Assembly (NCBI GenBank): GCA_964345005.1
Contig: CAYFPQ010000003.1
Coordinates: 1,479-65,478, forward strand
DNA from: an uncultured Victivallales bacterium
Lineage (GTDB): Bacteria; Verrucomicrobiota; Kiritimatiellia; UBA8416; JABMPJ01
Direction of reading: 5' to 3'
DNA length: 64,000 nucleotides
The translations under genes and the position numbers were made by a program. The notes beneath the pieces were generated by a model. The model made no database searches. It saw only the letters and a list, made by a program, of their open reading frames with translations, and was not told where the DNA came from. Shown here one piece after another: positions 9,812 to 23,490 of the stretch (its first letter is position 1; every line of letters starts with the position of its first letter).

Positions 9812-10654
9812 CTAATTTGCCGCCTTGCTAAGGACAGCCTCCGTGATGGATCTCCCGTCCACAAGGACGGGCGCGTTGCGTGGGCGCCAGGCCCGGCGTT
9901 TAGCGGATGCAACCAGCGAGTGGCCCCGTGTGAAGAAGATGAGCAGGTCGAGCTGGCTTGCCAGCCAGTAGAATGGTGAAGCCACCAGGTAAACGCGCCG
10001 GATGCTGCGGCTCGTTTCCGGCAGGTCCCGCGGAATGCCGTCCATGATGAACGTCACGACAGCATGGATCAGCTCCACGAAGAAGCGCGAGTAGGAGCGC
10101 ATGCTGTGCACGTCGAACCCGTGCTTCAGAATACTGAAGAGCTGTGATTCCGTATATCCGGCGAAGACCAGCCCCGGACTCTCCCGAATGGCATGTAACA
10201 TCGATCGTAACCCGCGCACCAGGCTGACGGGCTTGTCGTGGTGGACATTCACGATCAAACGTCCATCCGGCTTGAGGATACGGTGACACTCCTCGATGAA
10301 GGCTTCGTCGGCGTGAAACCCTTCCAAACCATCGAACACCACGACAAGATCGAAGCTCTTGCGTTTGAAGGGCATGGTGCGGTCAGCCAACCGGTGCACG
10401 TTCTCCTCGACTGCAGTAGACAGGGATGCTTCAGCCTGTTCGGTCAGTGCTGCACTATGCCAGCGTCCACCGTGCTTCCTGAGAAAAGCGCTCAATGCCC
10501 CGTTCGGCGACCCGATGTCGAGACAGGTCAGATTCTCGGTTGCCCCAGCAATCTTGATGGTCTCGTGGAGGCGCATGCGCAGCGGGACGGAATGCCGGAA
10601 CTGAAAAATCCCGGTATCCATGCCTTTGCCTGCAGACTGGTCCTCTCGCATCAT
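9812..10654 (-). CDS. Class I SAM-dependent methyltransferase
   Basis: CLDIGSPNGALSAF (motif I), DLVVVFDGLEG, ILKPDGRLIV. 280 aa. Confidence 0.6.
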   Translation of the reverse strand: MMREDQSAGKGMDTGIFQFRHSVPLRMRLHETIKIAGATENLTCLDIGSPNGALSAFLRKHGGRWHSAALTEQAEASLSTAVEENVHRLADRTMPFKRKSFDLVVVFDGLEGFHADEAFIEECHRILKPDGRLIVNVHHDKPVSLVRGLRSMLHAIRESPGLVFAGYTESQLFSILKHGFDVHSMRSYSRFFVELIHAVVTFIMDGIPRDLPETSRSIRRVYLVASPFYWLASQLDLLIFFTRGHSLVASAKRRAWRPRNAPVLVDGRSITEAVLSKAAN

Positions 10655-10743
10655 CTACCCAAACTCCTTGGCCCGGGATTATAGCAGTCCGCTTCGGGGG
10701 GTCAAGCGCGAGGCAGGAAATGGAGCCGGTGAGCGAAGCGGGG

Positions 10744-11538
10744 TCACGCAGACGCAAGGGTAAGCTGTATCGCATCCAAGATGTCGGCACTGTCGCGAGC
10801 AACGACATATCGGTTAACGTCACGTGACCCCGCTTCGCCCACCGGCTCGACGGGGTCGCCAACTCCAACTGTGTTGTATAGCACGATCGGGGTCACCGAA
10901 GTGGTCGGCATCGCGCGCAGCAAGGATGCCACAGGGCCACCATTCAGGCCCGTCAGATAGTGCTTGAGCACAACAACATCCGGTCTCTCGGCCGGCGCGG
11001 CTTCGAGTACTGCCGGTCCCGATCCAGCCGTTGTCACGCTGTGTCCTTTACTGGTGAGTGCGCGCGAGAGCATCTCAGCCATCTCGGGGTCATCTTCACC
11101 CAGCAGCACATGCCGTGAGTCGTGCTCATCCTCGCTCAGGACCGACGAAGCAGATTCCGCCAGAACGGACTCAACCTTCTCAAGCAGAGACTCCTTGCTG
11201 CAAGGTTTTGAGATGAAACCGGACACCTTCACGCCATCAAAGAACGTACGCAGGTTTGTGCGTGCCGTCAGGATCAGGATAGGCGGCGGAGGTACCTTGC
11301 TGGCCTGTACCCGCTGAAGGAAGCCCATGCCCCCAATTCCAGGCATGCTGATGTCGAGTATCACCAGGTCGGGAATACGATGATGCAACTTGCGCAACGC
11401 CTGTTCGCCACTCCGCGCCAGCTCGACTTTGTAGTTGTGAAATTCGAGGAAGTCCTTGACCGTCACGCGCAGGTGGGCCTCATCGTCCACAAATAGGATC
11501 AGTGGTTCTTCGGTGTCCCTGCGCTTATTCATGCTCAT
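10744..11538 (-). CDS. Response regulator with two receiver domains and no output domain; the second receiver has Lys at the phospho-acceptor position
   Basis: REC1: ILFVDDEAHLR...LVILDISMPGIGG...ILILTAR. REC2: VLLGEDDPEMAEML...DVVVLKHYLTGLNG (K where D is expected). Confidence 0.7.
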   Translation of the reverse strand: MSMNKRRDTEEPLILFVDDEAHLRVTVKDFLEFHNYKVELARSGEQALRKLHHRIPDLVILDISMPGIGGMGFLQRVQASKVPPPPILILTARTNLRTFFDGVKVSGFISKPCSKESLLEKVESVLAESASSVLSEDEHDSRHVLLGEDDPEMAEMLSRALTSKGHSVTTAGSGPAVLEAAPAERPDVVVLKHYLTGLNGGPVASLLRAMPTTSVTPIVLYNTVGVGDPVEPVGEAGSRDVNRYVVARDSADILDAIQLTLASA

Positions 11539-11750
11539 TCTCCGACGGTGGAGGAGTTGGTATTCACCGGCGTCCCCAGTCCGAGAAAGGCTTCGTATGC
11601 GTCGCCCATGCCGTCCTTGTCTCGGTCAGGTCCAACGGCGCGCGCAATAAACAAGAGTACAGCGAGTGCAAGTAGCACAACGCTGAACCACACACCCCCC
11701 GTTCCCGGCAACTCGGGTGCCCTCGTCCTGGTATGGGTATTGCCTCTCAT
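11535..11750 (-). CDS. Small hypothetical membrane protein (71 aa)
   Basis: ORF with a single TM (VWFSVVLLALAVLLFIA). Overlaps the start of the tandem-REC gene by 4 nt. No homology recognised. Confidence 0.3.
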   Translation of the reverse strand: MRGNTHTRTRAPELPGTGGVWFSVVLLALAVLLFIARAVGPDRDKDGMGDAYEAFLGLGTPVNTNSSTVGE

Positions 11751-11987
11751 TGATGCTCGCTCTCCTTTTTCTGATGAGAGTCTACCCTGTAACGCTCAGA
11801 CGCCCTATACGGGAAAAGGCTGAATCTCACTACGGGAAATTCCCTATACCTTACTCATGAGAATTGCTCTCTCGCGGCAAGTTTGGCTTGTCAACAGTGG
11901 GGCCTGATGCCTAATCTCATGCCATCGGGACGGCATAAGAACATGCGTAAGGGCTCTGTCAGCTCGGGAGAACGGAGAGCACAGGAG

Positions 11988-12650
11988 ATGGCAAAGGAAT
12001 CAGCTGTACAAATCCTGCTGGTGGACGATCACCCGGTCGTCCGCAAGGGCTTGGCGGCCGTCATCAATGAACAGCCCGACCTGAATGTCTGTGCCCAGGC
12101 GGGGTCCCACGAGGAAGCTCTGACCGCACTCCAGGTGCACGCCGTGGATGTGGCACTTGTGGACTTGCGGCTCGAGGAGGGCAGCGGGCTGAATTTGATC
12201 GGGGACATGTGCGCTGCCAACCCCGAGGTAGCTGCGCTTGTCTTCTCCATGCATGACGATAAGCAGTTTGCCGAGCGCGCCATCCGGGCCGGCGCCAAGG
12301 GCTATGTCATGAAACAGGAGCCAACCGCCATACTGCTCGAAGCGATTCGACGCGTCCGGGATGGCGAGATATACGTGCGCCCCGACCTTGCACCACAGAT
12401 CATGGAGCGCATCTTCGCCGGTGGCGTCGCACTTCAGCTCTCGGAACTGGACTGCCTGAGCGATCGCGAGATCGAGGTACTCCAGCTCATGGCCGAAGGC
12501 ATGAACCGCAAAGAAATCGCTACGGCGATGGGTCTCAGTGTCAAGACGATCGAGAGCTACCGTGAAAACATGAAGAAGAAGCTCGATCTACGCGATACGG
12601 TGCAGCTCGCCCAGTACGCCGTGCGCGCCATGCGCTCATCGAACGTCTGA
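11988..12650 (+). CDS. NarL/FixJ-family response regulator
   Basis: ATG at 11988 with GGAG 4 nt upstream. ILLVDDHPVVRKGL...VALVDLRLEEGSGL (REC). C-terminal LSDREIEVLQLMAEGMNRKEIATAMGLSVKTIESYRENMKKKL (LuxR HTH). Confidence 0.8.
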   Translation: MAKESAVQILLVDDHPVVRKGLAAVINEQPDLNVCAQAGSHEEALTALQVHAVDVALVDLRLEEGSGLNLIGDMCAANPEVAALVFSMHDDKQFAERAIRAGAKGYVMKQEPTAILLEAIRRVRDGEIYVRPDLAPQIMERIFAGGVALQLSELDCLSDREIEVLQLMAEGMNRKEIATAMGLSVKTIESYRENMKKKLDLRDTVQLAQYAVRAMRSSNV

Positions 12651-12737
12651 ACTCCGGCACGAATCCCCTGTTGCCGCTGCCGCTGTTTCATGGTATCACA
12701 ATCCCGCATAATTCATCACTGACGAGGACTGTCAACT

Positions 12738-16752
<4,015 letters not shown>

Positions 16753-17043
16753 CGTCCACCTCGGTGCTGTAGACGTCGTCTTCGGCCTGATCGTCGGCCT
16801 CGGCGTGCTCGTCGATCACTGCACGAATGCCCTCATTCATGTCCTCCTCCACACTCAGGAGCTGATCGCGAAAGTCATTCGACGCACGGCGGAGTTGCCG
16901 CATCAGGTTACCGAGAGTCCGTGCGAAACCTGGAAGCTTACGCGGACCGAACAGGAGCAGGACCACGAGAAATATGAGAATCAGCTCTCCGGGGCCGGGC
17001 GCACCGGAGAAGAATCCGATCTGGGGCATCGGGATCATGCAGC

Positions 17044-17559
17044 CTAACGATACAGTGCGAACTCACCGCGCCGGTTGCGCGCCCAGGCCGCATCGTTGTG
17101 CCCCATGTCAGCCGGCTGTTCTTCGCCGTAGCTGCGTGTCTGGATGCGCACACTGTCTACGCCCAACCCGATGAGGTAGGCACGTACCGCCAAGGCACGG
17201 TGTTCGCCAAGCGACATGTTGTACTCGCGGCTGCCACGCTCATCGCAATGCCCCTCAACAACGAGATTCACATCGCTGGCGTCACGGAGATAGTCAGCCA
17301 CCTGGTTCAATGTGCCGACTTCCGAACCATCGATCTGGTAGCTGTCATAGCGAAAGCTTACCGGGTCGAAGGAAACATCAGTCACACGCACACCGTCCTC
17401 GAAACGCTCCATCAACGCGTGATCACCATCCAATTCCTCGATGATCAGTGATTCCCCCATCTCGTCGCCACCCGTCCGGCAACCGCCGGCCAGAACTGCC
17501 ACGCAAACCAGAAGTGCACCCAGGTACCAGAAACTCGATTTCATCGCCGATTTCTCCAT
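17044..17559 (-). CDS. pal: Peptidoglycan-associated lipoprotein Pal (OmpA-family)
   Basis: Lipobox LAGGC. OmpA-C motifs NLVVEGHCDERGSREYNMSLGEHRALAVRAYL. Immediately downstream of tolB. Confidence 0.85.
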   Translation of the reverse strand: MEKSAMKSSFWYLGALLVCVAVLAGGCRTGGDEMGESLIIEELDGDHALMERFEDGVRVTDVSFDPVSFRYDSYQIDGSEVGTLNQVADYLRDASDVNLVVEGHCDERGSREYNMSLGEHRALAVRAYLIGLGVDSVRIQTRSYGEEQPADMGHNDAAWARNRRGEFALYR

Positions 17560-17563
17560 TGCT

Positions 17564-18823
17564 TTATTGCGAAGACCAATCCGGAGAATACCAGTCTCCT
17601 TCGGAAGACGTTAAACGTAGCGGAGGGTCTCCTAGAACGTCAAGAATATACAGATGAGAGCGGTAGCCAGCCGTTCGCGTACACACTATGTGACGGCTAT
17701 CGGGCGCCCACGACGGATCCTCCCAGTCTGCAGAACCGTCGGTCAACTGGGTATGGCGACGGACCGCCGGGTCGTAGATGCATATCTCGTAGGCACCCCG
17801 GCGGCGGCTACTATAAGCGATACGACCATCGGCCGCCCAGTCAGGTGCCGCGTTCTCCCGGCCCTCGTAGGTCAAGCGTTTGGCAGCTCTGCCATGCAGG
17901 GCCTGAACATAGAGCTGAGGACGGCCCGACCGGTCTGACACAAACACCAACTGTTTGCCATCGGGTGACCACGACGGACTCGCCTCCGCAGCGTACGGCG
18001 TGCGGGTGATACGCGAGAGCACACCGCTTCTCAGGTCCTTCACGTAGAGGTCCGGGTTGCCATCCTTGGAGAGTGTGACCGCGATACGCCGCCCATCCGG
18101 CGACAGCACGGCACCGCTGTTAAGTCCCGGATAGGCCGCCAGGCGCGTACGGCGTCCGCCGCTGAGGTCGATCCGATAAGCATCCGGATACCCGTTGTGG
18201 AAGGAGGTGTAGAGAATCTCGGAAACGCCTTTGCCCCACGACGGCGAAAGGCACACCGCCTTGTCGTGGGTTGCGCGCCGCAGGCGTTCTCCGTCGGCAT
18301 CACAGAGGTAGAGATCTTGCTTTCCCACCCGGGCGCCCACCATCACGATCTGCGTCGAGGCAATGCCCGGTACGCCCTTCACGGCCCTCACGATCGCGTC
18401 GGCTGTTCGGTGAGCCAGCTGCCTCGCATTAGCCGCCGTATCCCGGAGAGACTTCGAAAGCAACGTCTTGCCGGTGATGATGTTGACAACTCTGCACTGA
18501 CCGGCGAGCTGGTCCCCCGATCCCTGGCAGACGCCGGAAACGTCGACGCTTGCACCGCTGGAAGTTATCTCAAACCAACCGGAGCGCTCCAAATCCGCCT
18601 GCAGCACCTGTCGAAACGTCTGGGATACCGCCCGGCTATCCGTGCGCATATCTTTCAAGCTCAGGGCTGTCTTGATCGACCCCGCCTTGACGATCTCGAC
18701 GTCTGCCGCGTGCAGACTCGCCGTCCAGCCGATCCCCAGCGCGATTGTCGCCGCGAACCGCCGCCACCCACTATTCCACTCTAAACGCAATGCTGATCTC
18801 CCGATGTCGATTTTCGAATCCAC
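17564..18823 (-). CDS. tolB: Tol-Pal system beta-propeller protein TolB
   Basis: Repeated SPSWSPDGKQLVFVSDRSGRPQLY-type WD40-like PD40 blades. Signal peptide. 419 aa. Confidence 0.85.
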   Translation of the reverse strand: MDSKIDIGRSALRLEWNSGWRRFAATIALGIGWTASLHAADVEIVKAGSIKTALSLKDMRTDSRAVSQTFRQVLQADLERSGWFEITSSGASVDVSGVCQGSGDQLAGQCRVVNIITGKTLLSKSLRDTAANARQLAHRTADAIVRAVKGVPGIASTQIVMVGARVGKQDLYLCDADGERLRRATHDKAVCLSPSWGKGVSEILYTSFHNGYPDAYRIDLSGGRRTRLAAYPGLNSGAVLSPDGRRIAVTLSKDGNPDLYVKDLRSGVLSRITRTPYAAEASPSWSPDGKQLVFVSDRSGRPQLYVQALHGRAAKRLTYEGRENAAPDWAADGRIAYSSRRRGAYEICIYDPAVRRHTQLTDGSADWEDPSWAPDSRHIVCTRTAGYRSHLYILDVLGDPPLRLTSSEGDWYSPDWSSQ

Positions 18824-19439
18824 TTGGTAAGCCCGTGACGCGCTTCACCGCATTCAGAGCCCGGCGCACTGAATTGTCAAGGACCGCGTTACCCGAAGGC
18901 TGGGAGAGCCTGCCCGACATCACTCGGCCATCCTTCCCGAGAACGATGACCGCCTCAACACTGTCGCCGCCTACCTCGGCCCGGCTCGGCTGAACCCACA
19001 CCTCGTAGAAGGCTGCACGTACGCGGGCAAATCCACGCGCATCGGCATCCGGGATTCGTGTACGGTCCGAGGGCTTCGCTCCCTGGGCCAGCAGGCGCTC
19101 GATGTCCTCGGGAGAAAGTGTCGGCTTGCGGTCGGAACCTGTTGGCCGCTTGATCCGCTTCTGGCTTGTTTCGATCTTCTTCCGGGGCCTCTTCTTGACG
19201 GGCCGCCTCTTCACGGGGGCGGGATCCGGCGGAGGGGGCGCTGGTATCGGCTCGGGCTCGACAACCGGATTCGGTTCAGGCGCGGGTTCCCCCGGCACCT
19301 CAACAGTGAACTCGATCGGTATGACCTCCTTTGGCTTACGCCGGAATAGCCAGCGGCAGCCCGACATACCGGAAAGCACCAGCACAATCACAACATGCAC
19401 GATCGTGACCACTCGCAAGTTGTGACCGAATCCCCTCAT
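18771..19439 (-). CDS. tolA: TolA/TonB-like energy-transducing protein (Pro-rich linker plus TonB_C-like domain)
   Basis: N-terminal TM. PEPNPVVEPEPIPAPPPPDPAPV and basic KRRPVKKRPRKK stretch. Located between tolR and tolB. Confidence 0.6.
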   Translation of the reverse strand: MRGFGHNLRVVTIVHVVIVLVLSGMSGCRWLFRRKPKEVIPIEFTVEVPGEPAPEPNPVVEPEPIPAPPPPDPAPVKRRPVKKRPRKKIETSQKRIKRPTGSDRKPTLSPEDIERLLAQGAKPSDRTRIPDADARGFARVRAAFYEVWVQPSRAEVGGDSVEAVIVLGKDGRVMSGRLSQPSGNAVLDNSVRRALNAVKRVTGLPSGFENRHREISIAFRVE

Positions 19440-19445
19440 ACCGCG

Positions 19446-19847
19446 CTACTCCTGGGTTACCAGGGCCATGCGTGCGATGCCCTCCCCGTGCAGGATTTTC
19501 AACACCTTCACCACCACGGCATACTGCACACGCTCGTCCGCGCGAACCATAATGGTCGTTTCGGCTGCACGGGTACCCAAGGCGTGCATCTGGGCCTGGA
19601 ACTCGGACTCCGTGACAGGCACATCGTCCAGAAAGAGCGCGCCGTCTTCGCGGATGGTGATCGTCTGGGCTTCCTCGGGCGTCAGAGACTCGGCCTTGGC
19701 CTGAGGCAGTTGCACAGGGATGCCCTGCTCGATCAATGGGAAGGTGATGATAAACGTGATGAGAAGGATGAACGTCAGATCCATCAGAGGGGTCAGGTTG
19801 ATCTCGCTGATCTGCTTGAGCGATGTAAGCGGCGTCTTACGTCCCAC
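19446..19847 (-). CDS. tolR: Biopolymer transport protein TolR/ExbD
   Basis: INLTPLMDLTFILLITFIITFPL signature TM. 133 aa. Confidence 0.85.
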   Translation of the reverse strand: MGRKTPLTSLKQISEINLTPLMDLTFILLITFIITFPLIEQGIPVQLPQAKAESLTPEEAQTITIREDGALFLDDVPVTESEFQAQMHALGTRAAETTIMVRADERVQYAVVVKVLKILHGEGIARMALVTQE

Positions 19848-19855
19848 GATGCCCC

Positions 19856-20614
19856 CTACGACAGCTTGTGATAGTGATGCTCAATATCGGATGTGAGTTC
19901 TTGCGTGAAGTTGTCCATCTCGACGCTCGTGCGACGCAGTCGATCACTCAACACGTTGTACCCAATGGCCGAGGGCAGCGCCACCAGCAAGCCGATCACC
20001 GTGGTCAAGAGCGCCCCCGATATGCCGGGCGCCACGGCAGACAGCATCGCGTTGCCCGTAACGGCCATACCCCCGAACGCATCCATCACGCCCCAGACGG
20101 TGCCGAGAAGTCCCAGGAACGGGGCCGTGCTGGCTGAGGTAGCCAGGAGCCCCATGCTCGTCTCCAGCAGCAGTGCCTGGTCAGCCATCGTCCGTTCGGC
20201 GACGTTGCGAACGCCGCTCAACTGCACCTCGTTCAGGCAGCGGCGCTCCGATCCCACGCTGCCCATGAACAGTTCCTCCGGCTCGGCACCACGTACCTCA
20301 AGCGCCGTTCCGAGAGCAAGACAGGTTCGGTCATACACCACGTAGAGCGGACTACCTTCAAAACGGTTGCGCTTCAGGAAGAGACCGGCCGGATGCGTCT
20401 CTTTCCGGTAAGCCTGCAGAAAACGAAACGACATGACCCGGGCCAAGCGCATCTCCCGCATCTTAGTAAGCATCACTGACCACGCGAAAATCGACCCGGC
20501 AAAAAGGATGGCTACGATGATCTTTCCCGCCAGGTTGGACTGCCGGATGGCAAACCCCATCCCGGCGAGAACCGGTTCGGGCATAACTCCAATCTCGATC
20601 CATTGGTATAGCAT
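19856..20614 (-). CDS. tolQ: MotA/TolQ/ExbB proton-channel protein
   Basis: Internal ATG at 20614 (MLYQWIEIGVMPE...). Conserved GLLGTVWGVMDAF...SGALLTTVIGLLVALPSAIGYN. Confidence 0.85.
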   Translation of the reverse strand: MLYQWIEIGVMPEPVLAGMGFAIRQSNLAGKIIVAILFAGSIFAWSVMLTKMREMRLARVMSFRFLQAYRKETHPAGLFLKRNRFEGSPLYVVYDRTCLALGTALEVRGAEPEELFMGSVGSERRCLNEVQLSGVRNVAERTMADQALLLETSMGLLATSASTAPFLGLLGTVWGVMDAFGGMAVTGNAMLSAVAPGISGALLTTVIGLLVALPSAIGYNVLSDRLRRTSVEMDNFTQELTSDIEHHYHKLS

Positions 20615-20782
20615 TGTACGATTTGCCCCCCTGCGTATGTGGTGCTCCGTGATAGTACGGCTGCGCGGAGAAGCCATTCAAGCTGAAAAGGAAAATGGCG
20701 GCAGAAGACCTATCGATCCTCCGCCGCCACTTCGTGAAAAACAGTGACAGGGGGTCAGAAAACCCCAATCACACCTCGGTGA

Positions 20783-21124
20783 TTACTTCTTTTTCTTGGT
20801 GGCCTTCTTCTTGGCAGCCTTCTTCTTCGGGGCAGCCTTCTTCGCGACCTTCTTCTTCGCTACCTTCTTCTTGGCGACCTTCTTTTTCGGGGCAGCTTTC
20901 TTAGCGACCTTCTTTTTCGCCGCCTTCTTTTTCGGAGCAGCCTTCTTCTTGGCTACCTTCTTCTTTGGGGCAGCCTTCTTCTTGGCTACCTTCTTTTTCG
21001 GAGCAGCCTTTTTCTTGGCTACCTTCTTCTTCGGGGCGGCCTTCTTCTTCGGGGCGGCCTTCTTCTTGGCTACCTTTTTGGCAACCTTTTTCTTCGGTGC
21101 CTTCTTTGCTGCCACGTCTCCCAC
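20783..21124 (-). CDS. Histone H1-like / AlgP-like Lys-Ala repeat nucleoid protein
   Basis: 113 aa, almost entirely AAPKKKVAKKK-type 12-aa repeats. No hydrophobic core. Confidence 0.65.
   Translation of the reverse strand: MGDVAAKKAPKKKVAKKVAKKKAAPKKKAAPKKKVAKKKAAPKKKVAKKKAAPKKKVAKKKAAPKKKAAKKKVAKKAAPKKKVAKKKVAKKKVAKKAAPKKKAAKKKATKKKK
20800..21115. repeat. Tandem 36-nt coding repeats (cttcttcttggc(t/g)accttcttcttcggggcagc units) underlying the Lys/Ala repeats
   Basis: Visible periodicity in the DNA and in the translated AAPKKKVAKKKA units. Confidence 0.7.
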
Positions 21125-21406
21125 CTCCTCTTGGCTCGAGGCAACGGCCCCGAGTGGTTTAGCATGCTGTTTCCCGATTCCCCCTTGGGCATCTCGACAT
21201 CATGCAAAGTGAAAAGAAGATCTCCGGTGCGGTGCTTTCTTTGTTGAAGCGAATTTATCCAGCGCTCTCGACACCGTCAATCGTCTATGGCAATCAAGAC
21301 TCCACCACAAACATATGCCTTATATTGCAGGCACATGACGACATAGCCACGCTTCCGTGGCGAGCCACACACTTGCAATCGCATCGCGGTGTGGTACGGT
21401 GCACGC

Positions 21407-23071
21407 ATGATAAACGAGATCATGGTGACCTTTGCGGATAGGCAGCAGCAGTGTCCGACAGGCACAGTGGTCGGTTCGCTCGCCCCAACGCAGAGCAGCG
21501 ACTTACCGTTTCTTGCCGCACTGGTTAACAATGACGTTGCGTCGTTGTCCTATCCCCTCACCGTCAATTGCAGCGTTCGCTTCCTCACGCTGGACGATCC
21601 ACATGGCTGGCGTGTTTATCGCCGGTCGCTCTCTTATGTACTCGCTATGGCCGTGCGCGACATCTTTCCCGATGCCACGTTTGCAGTCGAACACTCGTTT
21701 GGGCGTGGTCTTTACTGCTCGTTTCTGACCAGAGAGAAGAGCGCCACCGGAATCTGTGGAGAACAACTCAAGCGCGTTGAGGGCCGGATGCGCGAATTGA
21801 TTCTCGAAGACCTTCCCATCGAACGCTGCAAGATGTCGTACGCCGATGCACTCGCCGCTTTTGAGGAGGCAGGGCTGGAGGACCAGTACAACCTGCTTCG
21901 ATTCCGTAACCCTCCTCGCGTCGTAACCCACCGCTGCGGCAACTTCTGGGAGCTGGCCCACGGTCCTCTCGCCTCGCGGACGGGAGCTCTCCAGTGCTTC
22001 GGACTGATCTCCTATCCGCCGGGATTTGTCCTGCATATGCCTTCACGCGGACCGGTCTGCCAGCTCGAGCCATTCGAGGACCAGCCGCACCTGTTCCACA
22101 TCTTCCAGGAGCACAAGGAGTGGGGCCGAATCCTGAACGTTGCCACAGTGGGGCGCCTGAACCAGACCATTATCGATGGCGAGTTCACCGATTTCGTGCG
22201 GCGAGCGGAAGCCCTTCACGAGAAGAAGTTGACCCAGATTGCCGATGCCATCACGGCGCGGGCAGGCGAAGTACGTATCGTTCTCGTGGCTGGTCCCTCC
22301 TGCGCGGGAAAGACCACCTTCTCGAAGCGTCTGGCGACCCATCTGGAGGCCAACGGACTTCGTCCCGTTACGATTGCCGCCGATGATTACTTTGTTCCCC
22401 CTGAGCGTAACCCGATAGATGAGCACGGCAACCCGGACTATGAGCATCTTGAGGCCGTCGACCTTGAACTCTTCAACGAACACATGGCGCAGCTCATCAC
22501 GGGGCGCCAGGTTGAAATGCCGCACTTCGATTTCACGCGCAAGGAACGACAGTACAGGGGCGACCGCCTGCAGATCAGTGATGACCAGATCATCATCGTG
22601 GAAGGAATTCACGGCCTGAATCCGCGACTCACCGAGGGGGTACCAAGCGAAAACAAGTACAGCATATACGTCAGTGCACTGACACAACTCAACATGGACG
22701 CACACAACCGGGTGTCCACAACAGACAACCGCCTGATGAGGCGAATCGTGCGCGACTATAGTTACCGTGGCCACACGTCACTCGATTCCCTACGAATGTG
22801 GCCGTCAGTGCGTCGAGGCGAGAAGCGCTGGATATTCCCGTTTCAACGTGAAGCCGATGCCACATTCAACTCGGCCCTCGACTACGAGCTTGCGATTCTC
22901 AAACCACTCGTCGAACCCCTGCTGATGCGAGTGAAACCCACGGACAGGGAGTACGCCGAGGCGCGACGTCTGTCCGAGTTCCTGCTCAATTTCCTGCCTG
23001 CACCGATGGATACCGTACCGGCCACTTCGATCCTGCGCGAGTACATCGGAGGTAGCATGCTTGAGTACTAG
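21407..23071 (+). CDS. Threonyl-tRNA-synthetase N-terminal-like (TGS plus SAD) domain fused to a uridine/cytidine-kinase-like P-loop kinase
   Basis: N-terminal MINEIMVTFADRQQQCPTGTVVGSLAP (TGS-like). Mid region HRCGNFWELAHGP (SAD-like). C-terminal Walker A LVAGPSCAGKTTFSKRL and PRK-like DDYF, IIVEGIHGLNP. Confidence 0.7.
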   Translation: MINEIMVTFADRQQQCPTGTVVGSLAPTQSSDLPFLAALVNNDVASLSYPLTVNCSVRFLTLDDPHGWRVYRRSLSYVLAMAVRDIFPDATFAVEHSFGRGLYCSFLTREKSATGICGEQLKRVEGRMRELILEDLPIERCKMSYADALAAFEEAGLEDQYNLLRFRNPPRVVTHRCGNFWELAHGPLASRTGALQCFGLISYPPGFVLHMPSRGPVCQLEPFEDQPHLFHIFQEHKEWGRILNVATVGRLNQTIIDGEFTDFVRRAEALHEKKLTQIADAITARAGEVRIVLVAGPSCAGKTTFSKRLATHLEANGLRPVTIAADDYFVPPERNPIDEHGNPDYEHLEAVDLELFNEHMAQLITGRQVEMPHFDFTRKERQYRGDRLQISDDQIIIVEGIHGLNPRLTEGVPSENKYSIYVSALTQLNMDAHNRVSTTDNRLMRRIVRDYSYRGHTSLDSLRMWPSVRRGEKRWIFPFQREADATFNSALDYELAILKPLVEPLLMRVKPTDREYAEARRLSEFLLNFLPAPMDTVPATSILREYIGGSMLEY

Positions 23072-23127
23072 CCGGAGATCTGATACCGTTCTGCGTCTCA
23101 AGTCGTAACAGATAGGACAGACAACAC

Positions 23128-23490
23128 ATGAAGATCCCTTTGAAGCTTGGAGAGGATGGACACCAGTCGACCGCAGCCGCGGAAGCCGCGGCCATTGCCC
23201 GCGACGTGGCAGCCGTGAAGGCCGGAGACTGGAACGCTAAGAACAGCTTGGTGCGTGCATTTCAGCACCTGCTCACCTCTCTCGCCGACAAGCGGGCTCA
23301 CGGTGACCAGGGCAAACACAACCGCTACATGGATGCTGGTAAGGAGGGGCTGTTCAAGGCTGCAAAGAAGTACAACGCCAAGTCGAACGGCAGTAACTTC
23401 CAGCTTTTCGCCCTGGATTACATCGAACGCGCCATGGATCGCGTGGACAGTGGCGGGGGCGGCTTTCTCGCTCGTCTCTTCGGCAAGTAG
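23128..23490 (+). CDS. Small protein resembling sigma-70 region 2.1-2.2 only (mini-sigma-like)
   Basis: AKNSLVRAFQHLLTSLADKR matches region 2.1 (LVxxNLRLVVSIAKKY). EGLFKAAKKYNAKSNGSNFQLFALDYIERAM matches region 2.2 (EGNIGLMKAVEKFD...FSTYATWWIRQAI). No regions 2.3-4. Gly-rich tail. Confidence 0.4.
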   Translation: MKIPLKLGEDGHQSTAAAEAAAIARDVAAVKAGDWNAKNSLVRAFQHLLTSLADKRAHGDQGKHNRYMDAGKEGLFKAAKKYNAKSNGSNFQLFALDYIERAMDRVDSGGGGFLARLFGK

